A model generated the notes under the pieces. The model searched no databases. It worked only from the letters and a program-made list of their open reading frames with translations, and was not told the origin of the DNA. Of a DNA stretch of 64,000 nt, positions 11,701-26,700 are shown piece after piece. The translations under genes and the position numbers were made by a program. Location: positions 23,119,623 to 23,183,622 of the forward strand of contig MU062133.1 of the NCBI GenBank assembly GCA_013265495.1. Direction: 5' to 3'. This DNA is from Vicugna vicugna. Its lineage: Eukaryota. Each line of letters opens with the position of its first letter. Position 1 is the first letter of the stretch.

Positions 11701-14700
11701 CAAATGCCCCTTCTGTCCCTACATATTTTAGATGCCCTTGCTGTGGTTATAGAGGTAGCCAACCACGCCAATGACACCATGAAGCAAGGAGTAAGTACAT
11801 TCATTTCAGTGGCTGCTGTACTGTTGAGCCTGGGAGCCCGTGCCTTCACATGCTCTACATTCTCTTTCTGTAGGACAACTTTCAGAAACTTATGCAAATT
11901 CAGTACAGCTTAAATGGACACCATGAAATAGTTCAGCCTGGACGGGTAAGTGCTTTGGAGTGCCTTTTGCAAACTTAACACAGTGGATTTAGGCACTGTT
12001 TGTAGCTATTTCCATTTCAGTTATGAAAATAGGTTATTTGTTATTGTTACTCTTCAGTGACCCAATCTGGATCAACTCAGTTCATTCTATCCTTTCAAAA
12101 CATTCATGATTTAAGTCACTATGAAAAGAAGTCCAATTCAATTAGGAGAATGGCAAGGGACCCCACAGAGTATCTGATTAAATAGGATCATTTTATTGTG
12201 TAATACTAGCTGACCTCACACAGCTTTAAAGACAGTTTCATTTAAAATCTTTAATGTAAAAGAGGATTATAAGGGGAGGGAGAAAATTGGTATTTTGATG
12301 CTCCTCACAGAGCACAAAAGTGGCCAAGGGGATGAATCCAGGAAAATTACAAACTGCAGTTGTCAGGATGTTGGCTGTGCCTCAGGATCAAGTGCACACT
12401 CGGTCAGTTACATCTCAGACCACATGGTACCCCTGGGCTCAGTACTGGATTTATGAAACTTGGCTGGCTTATCCAATTCCTAAGTGACTTAAAGGGCTTA
12501 AAAAGAAACTATGACACTAAAAAGTCACAAGGAAACTATGTCCACCCATCCCCTACAAAAATAAATTCTGGGAAAAGGAGGTTGAAAAGGAAATTATATA
12601 TATATTGTAGTTGTATTATGACGGTAGTACTAAATGTGTTTTTTTGGATGAATCAGGTTTTTCTCAAAGAGGGAACTCTGATGAAACTATCTCGGAAAGT
12701 CATGCAGCCCCGGATGTTTTTCCTGGTAAGTGGTCACGTGTGTTTCTGTTGAGTCCAAGGCAGGAATAATTGTTTAATGAAAGGAGATGTTTGTTCATGA
12801 CAGGTAAGCTTAGCACATTCAAATAGCAGTTATATTGGGGGTCTCTGAGTGGATGTATTGCTTATTTGCATTTCAAGTATAGGAAACAAAGTCTTACGAT
12901 GGATAACCAGAAATTTACTTCCTTTTTAAATTTAGTTTATTTCACCTCTAATTTGGAAAAATTTATTCCATCCATTACTTGTTTCAGCATATTGTAATAC
13001 CTTAGTGGGATTTAGAATTCACAAAACATTGAATCTGTTACAGAATTTGGACAGAAAGCACCATTTTCTAGAAATTACTTTTTAGTAATACTCTAATAAA
13101 GCATTCTAGGTGGTTCTGGTTTTATAAGCATAACGTAAGTATTTTATTCAGAGTGTTTTAAACAGAGAGGTAATATTGTTCCTTTATTCCTGTGTCTTAT
13201 CAATACCTTTGTAGCTGAAATTTGTTTCTTTCCATTGTCCTATGAAATGTTTCTACTTTCAGTTTAATGATGCCCTGTTGTATACAACACCAGTACAGTC
13301 TGGGATGTATAAACTGAACAACATGCTCTCATTGGCTGGAATGAAGGTCTGTGCATCTGTTAGAAGATACTTTCTTTTTACCCTAATGCATTTAGAGAAG
13401 GAGCTCTAAGATAATCATCTTTCTCACATCCTTATCTCTTCTCTTTCCATGTGTTACTGTTTATTTATTCATTTTTGAGGTCATTTTTTCCCTCATACAT
13501 TAATTTAGTCGTGAGACATTTACTGAGAACTACTATAAACAAAACATGTTATCAGTTGGTGAAAAACACAAAGATGAGTTGAAGTGTGATTCTTTTTGTC
13601 TCTACCTCTGCTGCAGTGTCCCCAGGAGCTTAGCAACTAGTTGGGAAGCCAATTTGCAACACATGAATACCTATAAAATAGATAGTAATAAATATCACTA
13701 TAAAAGTGCAGTTAAGGTTTGTGGGAGCTCCGAAAATAAAGAAGATGCAGCTTTTGGTGGGACATGATGGGGATTGGTGGCAGCTAGGAAAGAGGGAGAA
13801 TTGAGCAAGTCTTTTTGGAGGAAGAGCCAAGGGCTTACAGAATAGGTCACATATGGCGGTGCTGAGGTGTAGGGAAAGGCAGTCCAGGTAAAGGAGATAG
13901 TCTGACAAAAGCCTAAGGGTGGGGAAGTTGGGCCTGTGTGTCTGGATGTATTTAAATTTGTCTGGAGCATAGCGCAGATGAGGAAGAGTAATGGTGGATC
14001 AAACTGGATCCAAAGATGAGGGGTGATGTCAGCAGCCAGGCATCGGGCAACTTGAGCTGTGCTTCAGGGATAAAATTTTCAATGGGATAAGTCTGCTCAA
14101 ATTGGTTTGCTTTCCTCCAGGTTGGAAAACCCACCCAAGAAGCATATCAGAATGAACTGAAGATTGAAAGTGTAGAACGTTCCTTCATCCTCTCAGCCAG
14201 GTATATTTTAAAAATACACATAGATGAACATTTGCCAGTATTACAGGATCAGACAGCTCCAGCATTTTTCACATTTAGGTTAACTACCAGACTTATTTTT
14301 TTCTCCTTCTTTTCTTTCCTAATACCATGCAGTTTACTCTTGATTTGCCACATAGGTAAAATGTCTGTGAGCCGTTGCCATTGTGTGCTAGAAGCACAAA
14401 GGTAAGAATGTTCCTGAATAGAATGATAATGCTGAGAAGGGTGCTTTGCTGATCTTTTTTTTTTTTGCAGGGGGGAGGTGTAATTAACTTTATCTATTTA
14501 TTTATTATTATTATTATTTTTTTAATTTAATGGAGGTACTGGGGATTGAACCCATGACCTCGTGCATGCTAAGCATGCACTCTACCATTGAGCTATACCC
14601 TACCCACTGATCAATTTTTTAAAGTGAGTATTTCAGTTCTTTTTACAATGATACATAATGTTTTTAAAAACATCTAGTGCTTTGTAGTTTACTAGGAAGT

Positions 14701-17700
14701 TTTCACGTAACATTCAAAGTTATAGTAAATCCCTGAGGTAGGTGTCATTAAAAATAAGGAAGGCTAAGTTACAGAAAAACTGAGATGCTTTCTTAAGGAT
14801 ACAAAGCTAGCCAAGAATAGAATAGAAGATCTTTTGCTTTTAAATCTATTGTTATTTATGATACCACATTGCCTCAAATTGGAACCTGCAGTGACTTATG
14901 GAAGTGTAAATCAAAATATATTACCGTAATGTAAATCAAAGAAACCTGAAGCTGTGTGACTCTTACACATATATTATTGAGTTCTTGGCTGGGTGGCCAA
15001 AGTGGATGTGTGGCAGGATGTGTCTGGTGAAAGGAGAGACACCAACAGCCATAGCTTGATCTGGATAACGAGTCTGGGTGGCTCTCAGACCTAGCCTTTG
15101 ATGCATTAAAATTAGCAGCAGACACTTATGTAGTGCTTACTTTGTGCCAGGGACTATCCTAAGCACTTTCTATGCATTAATTCATCAAATCTTCACAACA
15201 CCCTTTCAAGGTAATTTACTACTACTATACCCATCTTATGATGGAAAAGCCAACAGCTATTAAATAGCAGAGCCAGGGGAGCTGAAATTTGAATCTGACA
15301 CTAAAATTCATGCTTTTAACCATTGCAATGTTGCCTGTGTCCCTGGATGTCAAGGACTCAGACCAAATGTGTGGACTTCCTAAAATCAGAACACAAGACT
15401 AGCTCCCTGGTTCATGTTACTCTTCTTGAAGTGGAATGGCCCCTGCTGCCTGACATCAAATCTCAGGCTGACAGGAAAAGACAAATTCCTATGTTCAGGG
15501 TTTGTCAGATGCTTCCCAGCTACCAGCCAGAGCAAGCAAAGTTCCGTCTGGGGCAGTGGGGAGAGGAGGATACCTGAAGTATCCTCCAGATCAGTATTTG
15601 CAGAGCAAAAGTAAATCCTTGGAACTGTTCCCTTTTTTTCCCTTTCTATTCTTTCTTTTCTTGAGTTTGAACAAAAGTGCAAAGAACATCAAGTTAACCT
15701 ATACATCAGGCTCTTGGCAAAGACTTAAGTTTGGTTCTTAAAGTCAAGAAGGTTATTTTCAAAGATCCAAAGAGGAAATGCCTATAGGAAAATTAAGTTT
15801 TCAATTACACTTAAGTTTCCTAACTAAAAATGTGCTTTGGTAAAAAAACAAAATTCTATTTTATTAAAGATTAAACAATTCAGCAAATGATGGTAAATCT
15901 TTCTTTCTTTGGTTGCCTATCAGGTAAGTGTCTGGATGTCTCATGTTCTTTCAGATCAGTTTCCTAGACCTTAATAAAGTTATTGGATTTTTAGGTGTGA
16001 TAGGAAAGCATTGAGAGGTTTTAAGCTAAGTATTGGGGTGATTTAATTTATATTTTTAAAAGAATGACTGTCTACTTTGTAGAAACTACAGAGACTAGAG
16101 TAGAAAGTGGAAGACCAGGGAGGAGGCTGTAGATGATGATGTCTGGACTAGAGTGGTAAGAAACGGTCAAATCTGGTGGAGCCAGTAGGATTACTGATGG
16201 ACTGAACATGGGGTATGCAGGAGAAATGATAAAACTGGAAAGTTCTTCATAAAGCAAAAGTAAATTTCCAAGGGAGTGTTAAGGTGGCATGGAAGAAAGG
16301 GAACAAACACATACTGAATGCAACTTTTGTGCCAGGCTCTGCTTCTGAATTCCCCCAACCACCGTGAGTCAGGTGCTGTATAACATGTAAAAAGGGCCTA
16401 AGAGGCCTCTTGTGATCTGATTCTGATCTGCCTCACCAGCCTGATCATTCACTCTGCTTGTCACCAACCCTACCAAAGCATGGCATGTTCCATCAGCATG
16501 GATCTGCTTATGGTTCTCCATGCATGCCAGCCTACTTCACAGCCTTCTGCCTTGCATGGGTAGCTACCTCTACCTAGAATCCATTCTTTCATTTAGTAAA
16601 TAATACGGAGCCTCTCCCCTGGGCCAGGCATTGTGCTAGGCATCAGGGTACAGTGGAGAATCAAAAGGGCCTTTCTTTCCCTGAGCTTACATTTCGTTAG
16701 CAAAGACATAACACTTAGCAAATATTTAACACAATCAATTGTCAGTATGATTACCCCTTAAGTAGTACACAGGAAAACTACCAGGTGCTATGAGGCTGTG
16801 AAACAAGGGACCCCGAATAGGTTTGGTGGAGAAAGGACAGTCAGGGATAGCTTCCCAAAGGCCTTTGTCTGTTGAGTTATGAAGGATAAGTAGGAGCTGG
16901 ATATCCAGATGGAGAGAAAAGGAAGAGGCTCCTGGCCATTGGGAACATGTGCACAGAGGTCCTGAAGTGGAAGGGGACATGGCATATTCAGAGAACTGAA
17001 GGCCAGCATGTCACGAACATAGAGAATGAGAGGGAGAGAGACCCGAGTAAGCCTGGAAGGACAGGGAGAAAGATTATGCAGAACCATCTTGTGGATTTTG
17101 GTCTCTAGCCTAAGAGCCCCAGGAAACCACGGAAAGGTTTATACAAGGGAATGATGTGATCATATTGGCATTTTTAAAAGAATATCTGGTTGCTGTGTGG
17201 GGAATGGTCAGGGAGGGGAACTGAAGAAGATGATGAGTAATTGGTTATAGGGAATGAGAGACAGAGAGAGAAACAGAGAGAGAGACGTTGAGAACGAGTC
17301 TCCAGCTTGTACCGTGTTTTGGGTAGTGGTGCCATTCACTGTGATAGGTGACACTGGGAGAGGTGTAGGTGTAGGGGAGAAATCGGGAATTTAGGTTCAC
17401 ATGTACATATGGAATGTGAGGTGCCTGCGAATCTTGAGAATGGGGTCGTCAAGGAGGCAGTTTATGTGAGGATCTGGATGTCAGAAGGAAGCCTGGACTA
17501 GAGGCATATACTGGGGAGTCATCAGCTTAGAGATGATGACCAAAGCTAGGAGACTGACTGAGGGTGCACAGAGAGACTGGAGAGTTCCCTCTCAAACTCC
17601 TGTAATTCTTCCAATCATACCCTAGTCATCACTTCTGCAAAGCCTCCCCTGCTACCTACATAAGGTAATTTACTACTTCTATGATATTTATCTACCTTAC

Positions 17701-20700
17701 ATTTGTTGTATCATATGGTAATTACTTGTTTTTATGTCTCACCTCAGTTAGATGTGAGCCCTTAGAAGTGAGGTGTACTTTGTGTCATGTGCCCAGTTCA
17801 TGGCTCAGTACCTGGCCCATAGACCGCTCCCAGTAAAATGAACTGAAGTGACATGGCCTTTGGATGTCAGCATAACATCCTGCAGTTAACACAAGAAGTA
17901 AATAATGTGGCAAAGTCTGACACACCAGAAATCCCTTCTTTTGGAGAGCTTTTGCCCTTAGACATTCTTTGCAATCAGTGGAGAAATGGTGCTTATTTAA
18001 TGCAAATTTGCTTTCTGGTAGTGTACACATTCCATAAAGAAAAGAATACTTGGTTTATCTGTGTTTGATAGAAGGAAGATGCTGATTCTTCTGCTAACCA
18101 TGTCGTGAAAGCAGAGCTAGACTGTCTTCACACGATGCTGCAGGCAAATGTGTATGCTCTGTGAGAAATGTGTTATCAAGAGCTGGTAAACATTGTTTTG
18201 GCAGAACCCCACACAAGAGAGAGCCAGGAATGATTAAATGAAAGAACAACATATGTGACATGATTTGCACAGTCAAATCACATTTCCTATGCTCCCAGGG
18301 CTCCAGGAAAATCAGACAGCAATCCTCAAATTAGCCATCTGCCTCTCTGTTTTCTGTTCCCTTTTCCAGTGAAAAGTTGGGGAGGGAGAAAGGGCGGGGG
18401 GACAGTAATATTTTATGAATGTTTACTTGGAACCTGAGCCTATGTTCTCATAACAGAATTCTTCCAAGAACAGGAACAGAGGCCGGAGGTGACATGGCAG
18501 TGACGGGTTCAACCTTTAGCCACACTTGGGTCTGATACCAAGTCATCATTTAGTACAGTCTGTTCTCTAAAGCAAATTAATCTAACAGTTTGAATCCTGA
18601 GATTGCTTATCTGTAAGCAGTGATAGTCGTAAATGTGAAATAAATGGCAGCTAGCTGGGGCAGTGATGGTAGAACAGTGGAGGTAACTGAGGCAGGTTTT
18701 GTTTGGTTTGGAGAGATAAGGGCTGTTCCTATTTTATTTTGATTTTGGTATATAATGAAACTTTGAAAAATATACTAGTTTTAAAATTTTATTTGTAAAC
18801 TGGATTTCTACCTTTTATATCCTTATGAGTCCATATTCTAAAGGGCACTTAAGCCATTCAGTTGGAAGGTACATTTCTGAGAATGGTTATTATGGGGAAG
18901 GTGAGTGGTTTTTTAAGTATGTCCTTGACATCCTCTGGATTCATCAAAACATGCCTATTTGTATCATGATTTATGATGGAATTTTTAATTTTAAAAACAT
19001 TATTTAAGAAGTTCAAGTATACTTAAAATTAGAATGAATCATACAGTGAAACTGCGTATTCAGTTACCCAGACTCAAAGTTTAACAAGATTCTGCCACAA
19101 ATTTTCCTGTTTTCTAAAGTACTTTAAAACAAATTCCAGATATCAGGTCATTTCAAGCCTACTTTAGTATGCTTCTCTTAAAAAAAAAAAGAACATTTTC
19201 TTACACAATCACACATTATGATGATTTTATTTTATTATGATAAGAGTTTTAAATTGATTATTAAATAATCTGTCTCTCTCTGTACAAACACGCACACATA
19301 TACACAATACCTAAAATGTGCTTCACACTCCTGAGCATGCAAAACAAAATGTGCTGATATCAGTGACTGAGTTACCATAGAATTTTTTAGAGCGAGGTGT
19401 GGTTACAAAAACGCAGCACAAGAATGCCTTTTCTGAGCAGGCTTTTCCCCTGTTTGGCCCACTTCCATCTACAATCAAATCACATAGCTCCTGATGAACT
19501 GAGGGTAAGAACAGAATATGTGACGAGCTGAATAGGAAAAGAAGCCCTAATAACCATCAAAGGCTCTTTCTCTCATTAACCTATCCTTAAACATCTGTCT
19601 GTGACACCAGAAATATGTTTCCTTTACTCCAGTGCCCTTTCAAAAAATTTTTGTAATACTCAGTAACCTAAAAATATTTACTATTCTATGCTTTAAATTT
19701 GGGTTTGAAACTTGATTCCTTGGAATATTTTTAAATTCTCGGATTATATCCAGGAAACTCCTTGGTTATATAAATAATCATAATTATTACTTGTATGAAT
19801 AGCCCTTAAATCAAACAAAAGTACCTCCAAGTTTAGGAGACTTCAAAAGCCATTCAATAGAAAGCATTACTTTTGGAAAGAAAAAAAGCATTGTGTTTGC
19901 TAAAATGCCATGTGTTCCCTAATGCTTGCTGTGACTATTTGTGCACATAAACCTCAGAGTTGTTGCCTGTGACTGGCATTCTTGGAGGGTGGAGGAATCT
20001 GTTGCCATGGCAGAAGGAAAAAGAAGTAAGAAAAAGGCCAAGGATAAAAGCTGACATCTGGTTGATAGAACCTTCTTTTGCCCCCAACAGTTCTGCCCCA
20101 GAAAGGGATGAATGGCTAGAAGCGATTTCCAGGTCAATAGAAGAGTATGCCAAGAAAAGAATCACATTCTGCCCTAGTAGGAGTCTCGATGAGGTATTGT
20201 CTTTTCCTTCTTATTTTGTTTTCAGTGCATTTCAAGCAGTTTTTACCCTAAAGAAACTTTTCTCAGGGGTTTAGAAAAGCAACATGTGTTTAACAGAAGG
20301 CTTTTGAGGTGTGTGTACAATTTCAGAGCTAAATATTCCTTCTATTAATGTCTAACTGCAAGTCTATGATAGCATATAGTGCAGTCATATTTTTTCTAGT
20401 TATAAAACCTCATTGTAGAATATTTAGGAAATACAATATAGTTTAAGGAAGAAACTAATCAACTGTCATTGCACAACCACAGGCATCTTTTTAAGTTAAT
20501 TTTGCGCTAGAGGATTTTTCGAGTGTAGCTATCAATGCTTGGCATCCTGAGAACATGAAAAGTATCATCCACATGTTTAGTGATACCATCAGCAATGAAC
20601 CACCAGTATAAAAAGGCTTAATGCTGGAGCAGTCAGTGTGCCTAGAGATAATCAGAGGTCATTCTTCCACAGGCAGACTCAGAAAATAAAGACGAAGTTA

Positions 20701-23700
20701 GTCCTCTTGGGTCCAAGGCTCCCATCTGGATTCCTGATACTAGAGCCACAATGTGTATGATCTGCACAAGTGAATTCACTCTGACCTGGAGACGACACCA
20801 CTGCCGGGCCTGCGGAAAGGTTGGAGAGGATAACACTTGTCTCCCTTGTGATCTGTAATAGCTCCACACTGTGCCTAGCAAGGAAGCACATTTCTCCTTG
20901 GAACCACTGTAAGGGGAGGTAGGGGAGATACTGAATCATGGATGGTATCTTCTCTAAATATTTAGGAATGAGGCAATCTTGTTAGAGAACTTACCCTTCT
21001 CCAACCCCAAGATTACTTTAGAATGTGAAAAACAGATAATTTTTACTTTTAAAAAACTAACACATTCACAGTTAAATAGATGCTCACATTTATAGATAAT
21101 TATTGAAACTGCATTTATTTAGGTACTAAGTATTTAATAGGAGGGAACTTTCAGTGTTGAAGTTATCACTAGTGTTGTTTCTACATCTTCATGACCTCAT
21201 TAGTAAAATGAGCATAGTGACAATAACAATCAGAGAGTTGCGGTAAATATTTAACAGGTTTTATTTAGAGAGCATTTAGTACAGGCCAGACACATAGAAA
21301 AGGTACAGCAGAAGTGTTCCTGGTTGCAGCAGTGATGATGACAATGGTGATGAAGACGATGATGATAAAGACAGCTAACATAGGACTTACTGCACGCCAG
21401 GCACTGGTCTAAACATTTTGCGCACATGAACTCCTGTAGTATTTTATTTTATATAATAAGTACTCGGTAATAATCTGTGGCCTCTTCATCTTCAAGTGTG
21501 GTATTGTGTGTGAGTTCACTACGTGTCTGAGCTCCACTGAGTTGTTACTGAGACTCAGTGACTATGAAAACGTTTTGAAAAGTAGACAGCACTATAAACT
21601 GTAACATACCAGATGATTTGGATACAAAGGTTATTCTAAATGAAATAATTCCAATGTGTTTGCAGATTGTATGTCAAGCTTGCTCATCAAATAAGTATGG
21701 CTTAGATTACCTGAAAAATCAACCAGCAAGAGTATGTGAACATTGTTTCCAAGAACTGCAGAAATTAGGTAATATACAAGTAAAGATTTAACTGAAAATT
21801 CCTTAATTCCCTAGATGCTTTCGAACAATGTTCTAAAAGAATCATCTTAGGCACATTAGCAATATGATTGGTGGATACTTAACTCAAAATATTAAGTGTT
21901 TTGCTTTCTTAACTTGGTTAAGCTTTCTTAGCTCATGTTTTGTGATAATTCCAAGAGAGATTGGACTGAAACTTATTTTTACCCTGAAAACAGTTTTGCT
22001 AAGAATACTAATTGTAGAAATGTAATCACAGGATGAAAAACTTAAAACAGTTACAAAGGAACTTTAACTTTCAAGTAATTTTGAAGCTTCTAGTTTCACA
22101 ACTGTGTGCTCATTACAAATCATTTTTAATCTATCAGTAAAGTAATGCTCTATGGAAATATACTAGGTGGCACTTTGTTAGCCTTATTCTAATCACTTTG
22201 ATTTAGTAAGGTTTTGTTTTACATCTAAATGTGCAGCTTTTCACCAAATACAAAATGATAAATCTTATCTACCTGTTCATTATCTGCAAATATCCATCCC
22301 TGCAGTTAAGATGAATGCAGCTCAGGTCTACATTTTGGGAAAAGATCATTAGTTAACTTCCTGAGACCTGTAGGATCTAGATTTTTAAAAAATTATCCTT
22401 GATGCAGATGAAGATAGCTTTTCATCAGCAAATGAGAATATCTAAGTGAATCAAACTAGATGGCATGCTATTTCAGAATCTAGCTACTTATAGAGGAATA
22501 AATAAATGTCTGTACACATTTTCCTAGAAGACACACCTATCTAATCATTTGCCACCCTTATGTTCCAACCTTTGTTCTCTGAATATATATAATACAGGCT
22601 CAAACATTCAAAATTCCTTTTTTGAATTCTCCTCTCTCATCACCCACACCCACTTGGTCAGTAAATCTTGTCAAATTTATCTTTGAAAACCTGTCTTGCT
22701 CTTGATTTCTTCATCTCAGTCCTAATAAAGCCTTCATTATCTTCCATCTGAATTACTGTCCTAATTTCTGAACAGGTTTTTCTGCTGAAAATTCTTCCTC
22801 TTCCCTACTGCTAGATTTATTTTTTAAAATTCAGTCTGCTCATGTTACTCCCCAGCCTAAAAGGCCTAAAAGAGAGTCCTCAGATCCAGCCTTCTTATTT
22901 TTTTTCTCCAGCCTCATCTCCAAATAGATGATCTAATTTCATACCTCTGTGCTTTTGCTTATGCTGACTTTTCTTCATGGAGTGTTCTTCTTCCTCTTTT
23001 TTGCTTGGCAAACTCCTACTTACACCTCAATGGCCAACTCAAACCTCTCATTCTTTTCTCAGCTTTCCCTGAACCTCTGCAGTCAAAATTAATTACTTCC
23101 TCATTTTGTCTGATAGTCCCTTTTCTAGTACTTTGTTCACTGTAATATTTGGTCATGTATCTGGATACCAAATGCTATTGTTAGTTTTGTTGTTTGTTTG
23201 TTTGTAAGTCAGGAGGGAATTTTTATTTTTTTAAGTTGTTAGTGCACTAACCTGTTTCAGAACTCTAAAGGCACAAAAAGGCAATCTTTTCATAGGATTT
23301 GCATTGAAAAAGTATAAAATCATAGACAGTGGATCGTCTTCCTCCCACTCTACTTCCCACCATTTATCTTCTTTTCCCAGAAGCCTCAGTGTCATAAATT
23401 TCTTAAGTATCCTTCCATGGATATTTTATGCAGCAATGTTTATTGATTTGGATTAAACTGAGTTGCAGAATGCTTGCCACTGGTTACATAAGTGTACCTG
23501 ATTTGTTTTAGACCACCAGCACTCTCCTAAGACTGGATCTCCCGGAAATCACAAATCTCCTTCAAGTGCCTTATCATCAGTCTTACATAGTATTCCATCA
23601 GGGAGGAAACAGAAAAAAATCCCAGCTGCTCTCAAAGAAGTAAGTGTTTGCATTAAACTTGCAACCTGATAGAGGCTGAATTATTCATATGCTTATAATA

Positions 23701-26700
23701 CACTGTTTTTCTTTCTAAAGGAAGATGTCATTTCCCGCTACTATTAAGACATGCATTTTAATACTGGTGATGGATGTGGCTGAGGCCTCACTACCTTGCT
23801 TGGTCTCACTTATGACCTGAGTAATTTAGAAAATGGCTGTTGAAAGGTTTGCAGAACACTTTATAGCAATGATAGAAGGTAAAGATAACTTGGACACACA
23901 TGAATTTTTAAAATTACTTTGAGGAGACCCCTTACCAGAGGGAAGAGGTCTGTAGAATATTTGGGGCATTTTATTAGCATTTACTCATCTGTATGGCTTG
24001 ATTTTTGTAGACATTAGTTGGTTATATACAGCTGATATCACAGATAGTGGGTTATTCTTCCTTTAAACTTAAAAGAAAAATTTTAAGTGATAGTAGCCTG
24101 CAGTTAGACCTGCCACTGGTGTCAATCTGCAGGCATCATTGATACCCTATTCCAGTTCCTCAAATTCAAGTGTTCAGTCAGCCAATGTCAAGAGATCAGA
24201 CAGTACTGCCTTTCTGGTTACTCCTATTTTGCTTAGTTTATTAATTAGTTCCACCTGTGCTAGTTTTGTGTCCAGGAGTGGTGCTATGGAGGTGTCCTAT
24301 CATGGAAAGTGGAAGCAAACTCTAAAAATTTGACCAAGATATGTTTCTTATGTAAAGTTGAGTGTATTTCATCTCGGCAAGTGAAATACTAGGAAGTGAT
24401 CTATAGCCAATCACATGAAATAGTAAGAGTACAATTTACAATGCCATGTTTCTTGCCAAGTTTCTTGTGGAACTGGTTATACCAGCTGAGTGAATACCTC
24501 TAAAGTTTACCTGTTCCATGACTCAGTTCCTGAATCTAAACCCATATTCAGGAACTTAAAAGTTCTTAACCAACTGAAATAAGTTTCAGTTCTCTGTAAT
24601 TTTTCACCTCTCCATGCTGAGGTCACAGTTCATACATACAATTCTTACACATGCTCCCCGCTTCAGTCTGAACTCCACAGCACTGGCTACAGAAACTCTC
24701 TATGATCTATAGACTAGACTCAACCTAATTCCAGTCCTGTTTTGTACATCTTTCTACCCGGCCACACAAACAGGCCTTGCACTTTCAAACCTCTGCTTCC
24801 TGGCTACAGCCACTGCTCCCTTTACTCCATCGGTTCTCAAAGTGTTCTCCAGAGCAGCAACAGCACCACCTGGGAACGTATCAGAAATGCAGGTTCTTGG
24901 GCCCCTCCCAAGCTGTATGGAATCAGAAACTCTAACAAGCATTCTTAGTGATTCACTTGTAGGCATACTACAGTTTAAGAACCATTGCTTTGCTTATTTG
25001 TGGTTACACAGGGGAAGTAAATTTTTCCAGTTCAGTGCTGTAAAAGTCAAAGTGTTCTCAGAAAGCTGTTTTTCTTCTTTTTAAAAAAACTTGAGGTGAA
25101 ATTAATGTAACATGTAATTAACCATTTTAAAGTATATAATTCAGTGGTATTTGGTGTTTTCACAATGTTGTGTAACCAGCATATTGCTCTAATTTCAAAA
25201 CCTTTTCATTACCTCATAAACACACCCTGTGTCTGTTAAGTAACCGTCCCCTTTCCCCCTTCCCTCTGCCTGCTGGCAACCACGAATCTGCTCAATGTAT
25301 TTGCCTCTTCTGGATGTATCATATAAAAGGAGTCATACAATATGTGACCTTTGTGTCTGGCTTCTTTCACTTAGCACAGTGTTTTTGAGATTCATCCAAG
25401 TTATAGCATGTGTCAGCACTTTGTTTCTTTTTATGTCTGAATAATACTGCATCGTATGTATACACCACAATTTATCCATTCATCTATCCATGGACATTTG
25501 GGTTGTTTCCACCTTTTGGATACTACAAATAATGCTGCTGTAAACATTTGTGTACAGATTTCTGTGTGGACGTATGTTTGCATTTGTCTTGGTTGTATAC
25601 CTAGGAGTGAAATTGCTTGATCATATGGTAATTCTGTGTTTAACTTTTTGAGGAATTTGGAAGTTGTGTTTTTATTCCAGTGACGTTCAATACATCTTTA
25701 GAAATTCCTTTTTTTTTTAAACATTTAAAAAAATTGAAGTATAGTTGATTTACAATGTAGTATTAGTTTCTGGTGTACAGCATAGTGATTCCATTATATA
25801 TATATTCTTTTTAATTATTCTTTTTCATTACAGGTTACTATAAGCCATTGCATACAGTTCTCTGTTACAGTAGTATAGAAATTCCTCTTTTGTGAAATTA
25901 TGTACCCTCAGTACCCTCAGTAATGGCAGGCTGTCTTTTGAGTTGGATTTGACTTATTATTTTTTTAATAGTGAAATCATTGGAAAGAAAGTTTTGTGAA
26001 TCATGTACTTAAGCTGGTTAACACCAATTTTTTAAAAAAGATGATAGAGGACTATGTATGGCTATTCAGTATTGTGAATGTATGATTAATAAATTAATTA
26101 TAAAATATTCCAAAAGAAGAATGTACAAAATATTTTGGGCAATGACAGTAACACTTAATGTAAGTACATAGTAGGATCCCAACATAACTACATTTTAGGA
26201 GAAACCTCTTTTGAATGTAAACATTCTAATTTTTTTTTAAATTACTTGGTAGTTTTATGCAAGCATGTTATTTCTGCATACAAATTTACTTGCACTTGAC
26301 AGATATTTCTAATTTAACATTAGATATAAATTTTCCACTAAACAATTATCATCCTTTTCATGAAATTTATAAGAAATTAATACAATTACTTCATGATTAA
26401 AGACATAGTTTTAAAATTCACAGAGCCCATCTCTATTAGTTTTCTATTGCTGTGTAACAAATTATTGCTAGTGGCTTGAAACAACACACATTTATTATCT
26501 CGGGAGCTTAGATGGGAATCTCTGCAGGGCCACAGTCAAGGTATTGGCCAGTGTTGAGTTCTCATCTGGAGGCTGACTAGGGAAGGGTCTACCTTGCTCC
26601 TCGAGGATGCCCTCAGCAACTTGCCGCATGGGCCTCCCCAAATGGCTGCTTCTTCAAAGCCGGCATGGTAGAAAGGCTCTAGAGCCTGCCTGCTAGCAAG

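Noticed and set aside
11791-11873. FGD6 83-nt intron is stop-free in frame (ORF 11671-11913)
   Set aside because: Length is not a multiple of 3; retention shifts frame and stops at 11911-11913, giving an NMD substrate.
15565-15587. Perfect 9-bp hairpin ggaggatac-ctgaa-gtatcctcc
   Set aside because: One or two such stems are expected by chance in 64 kb.
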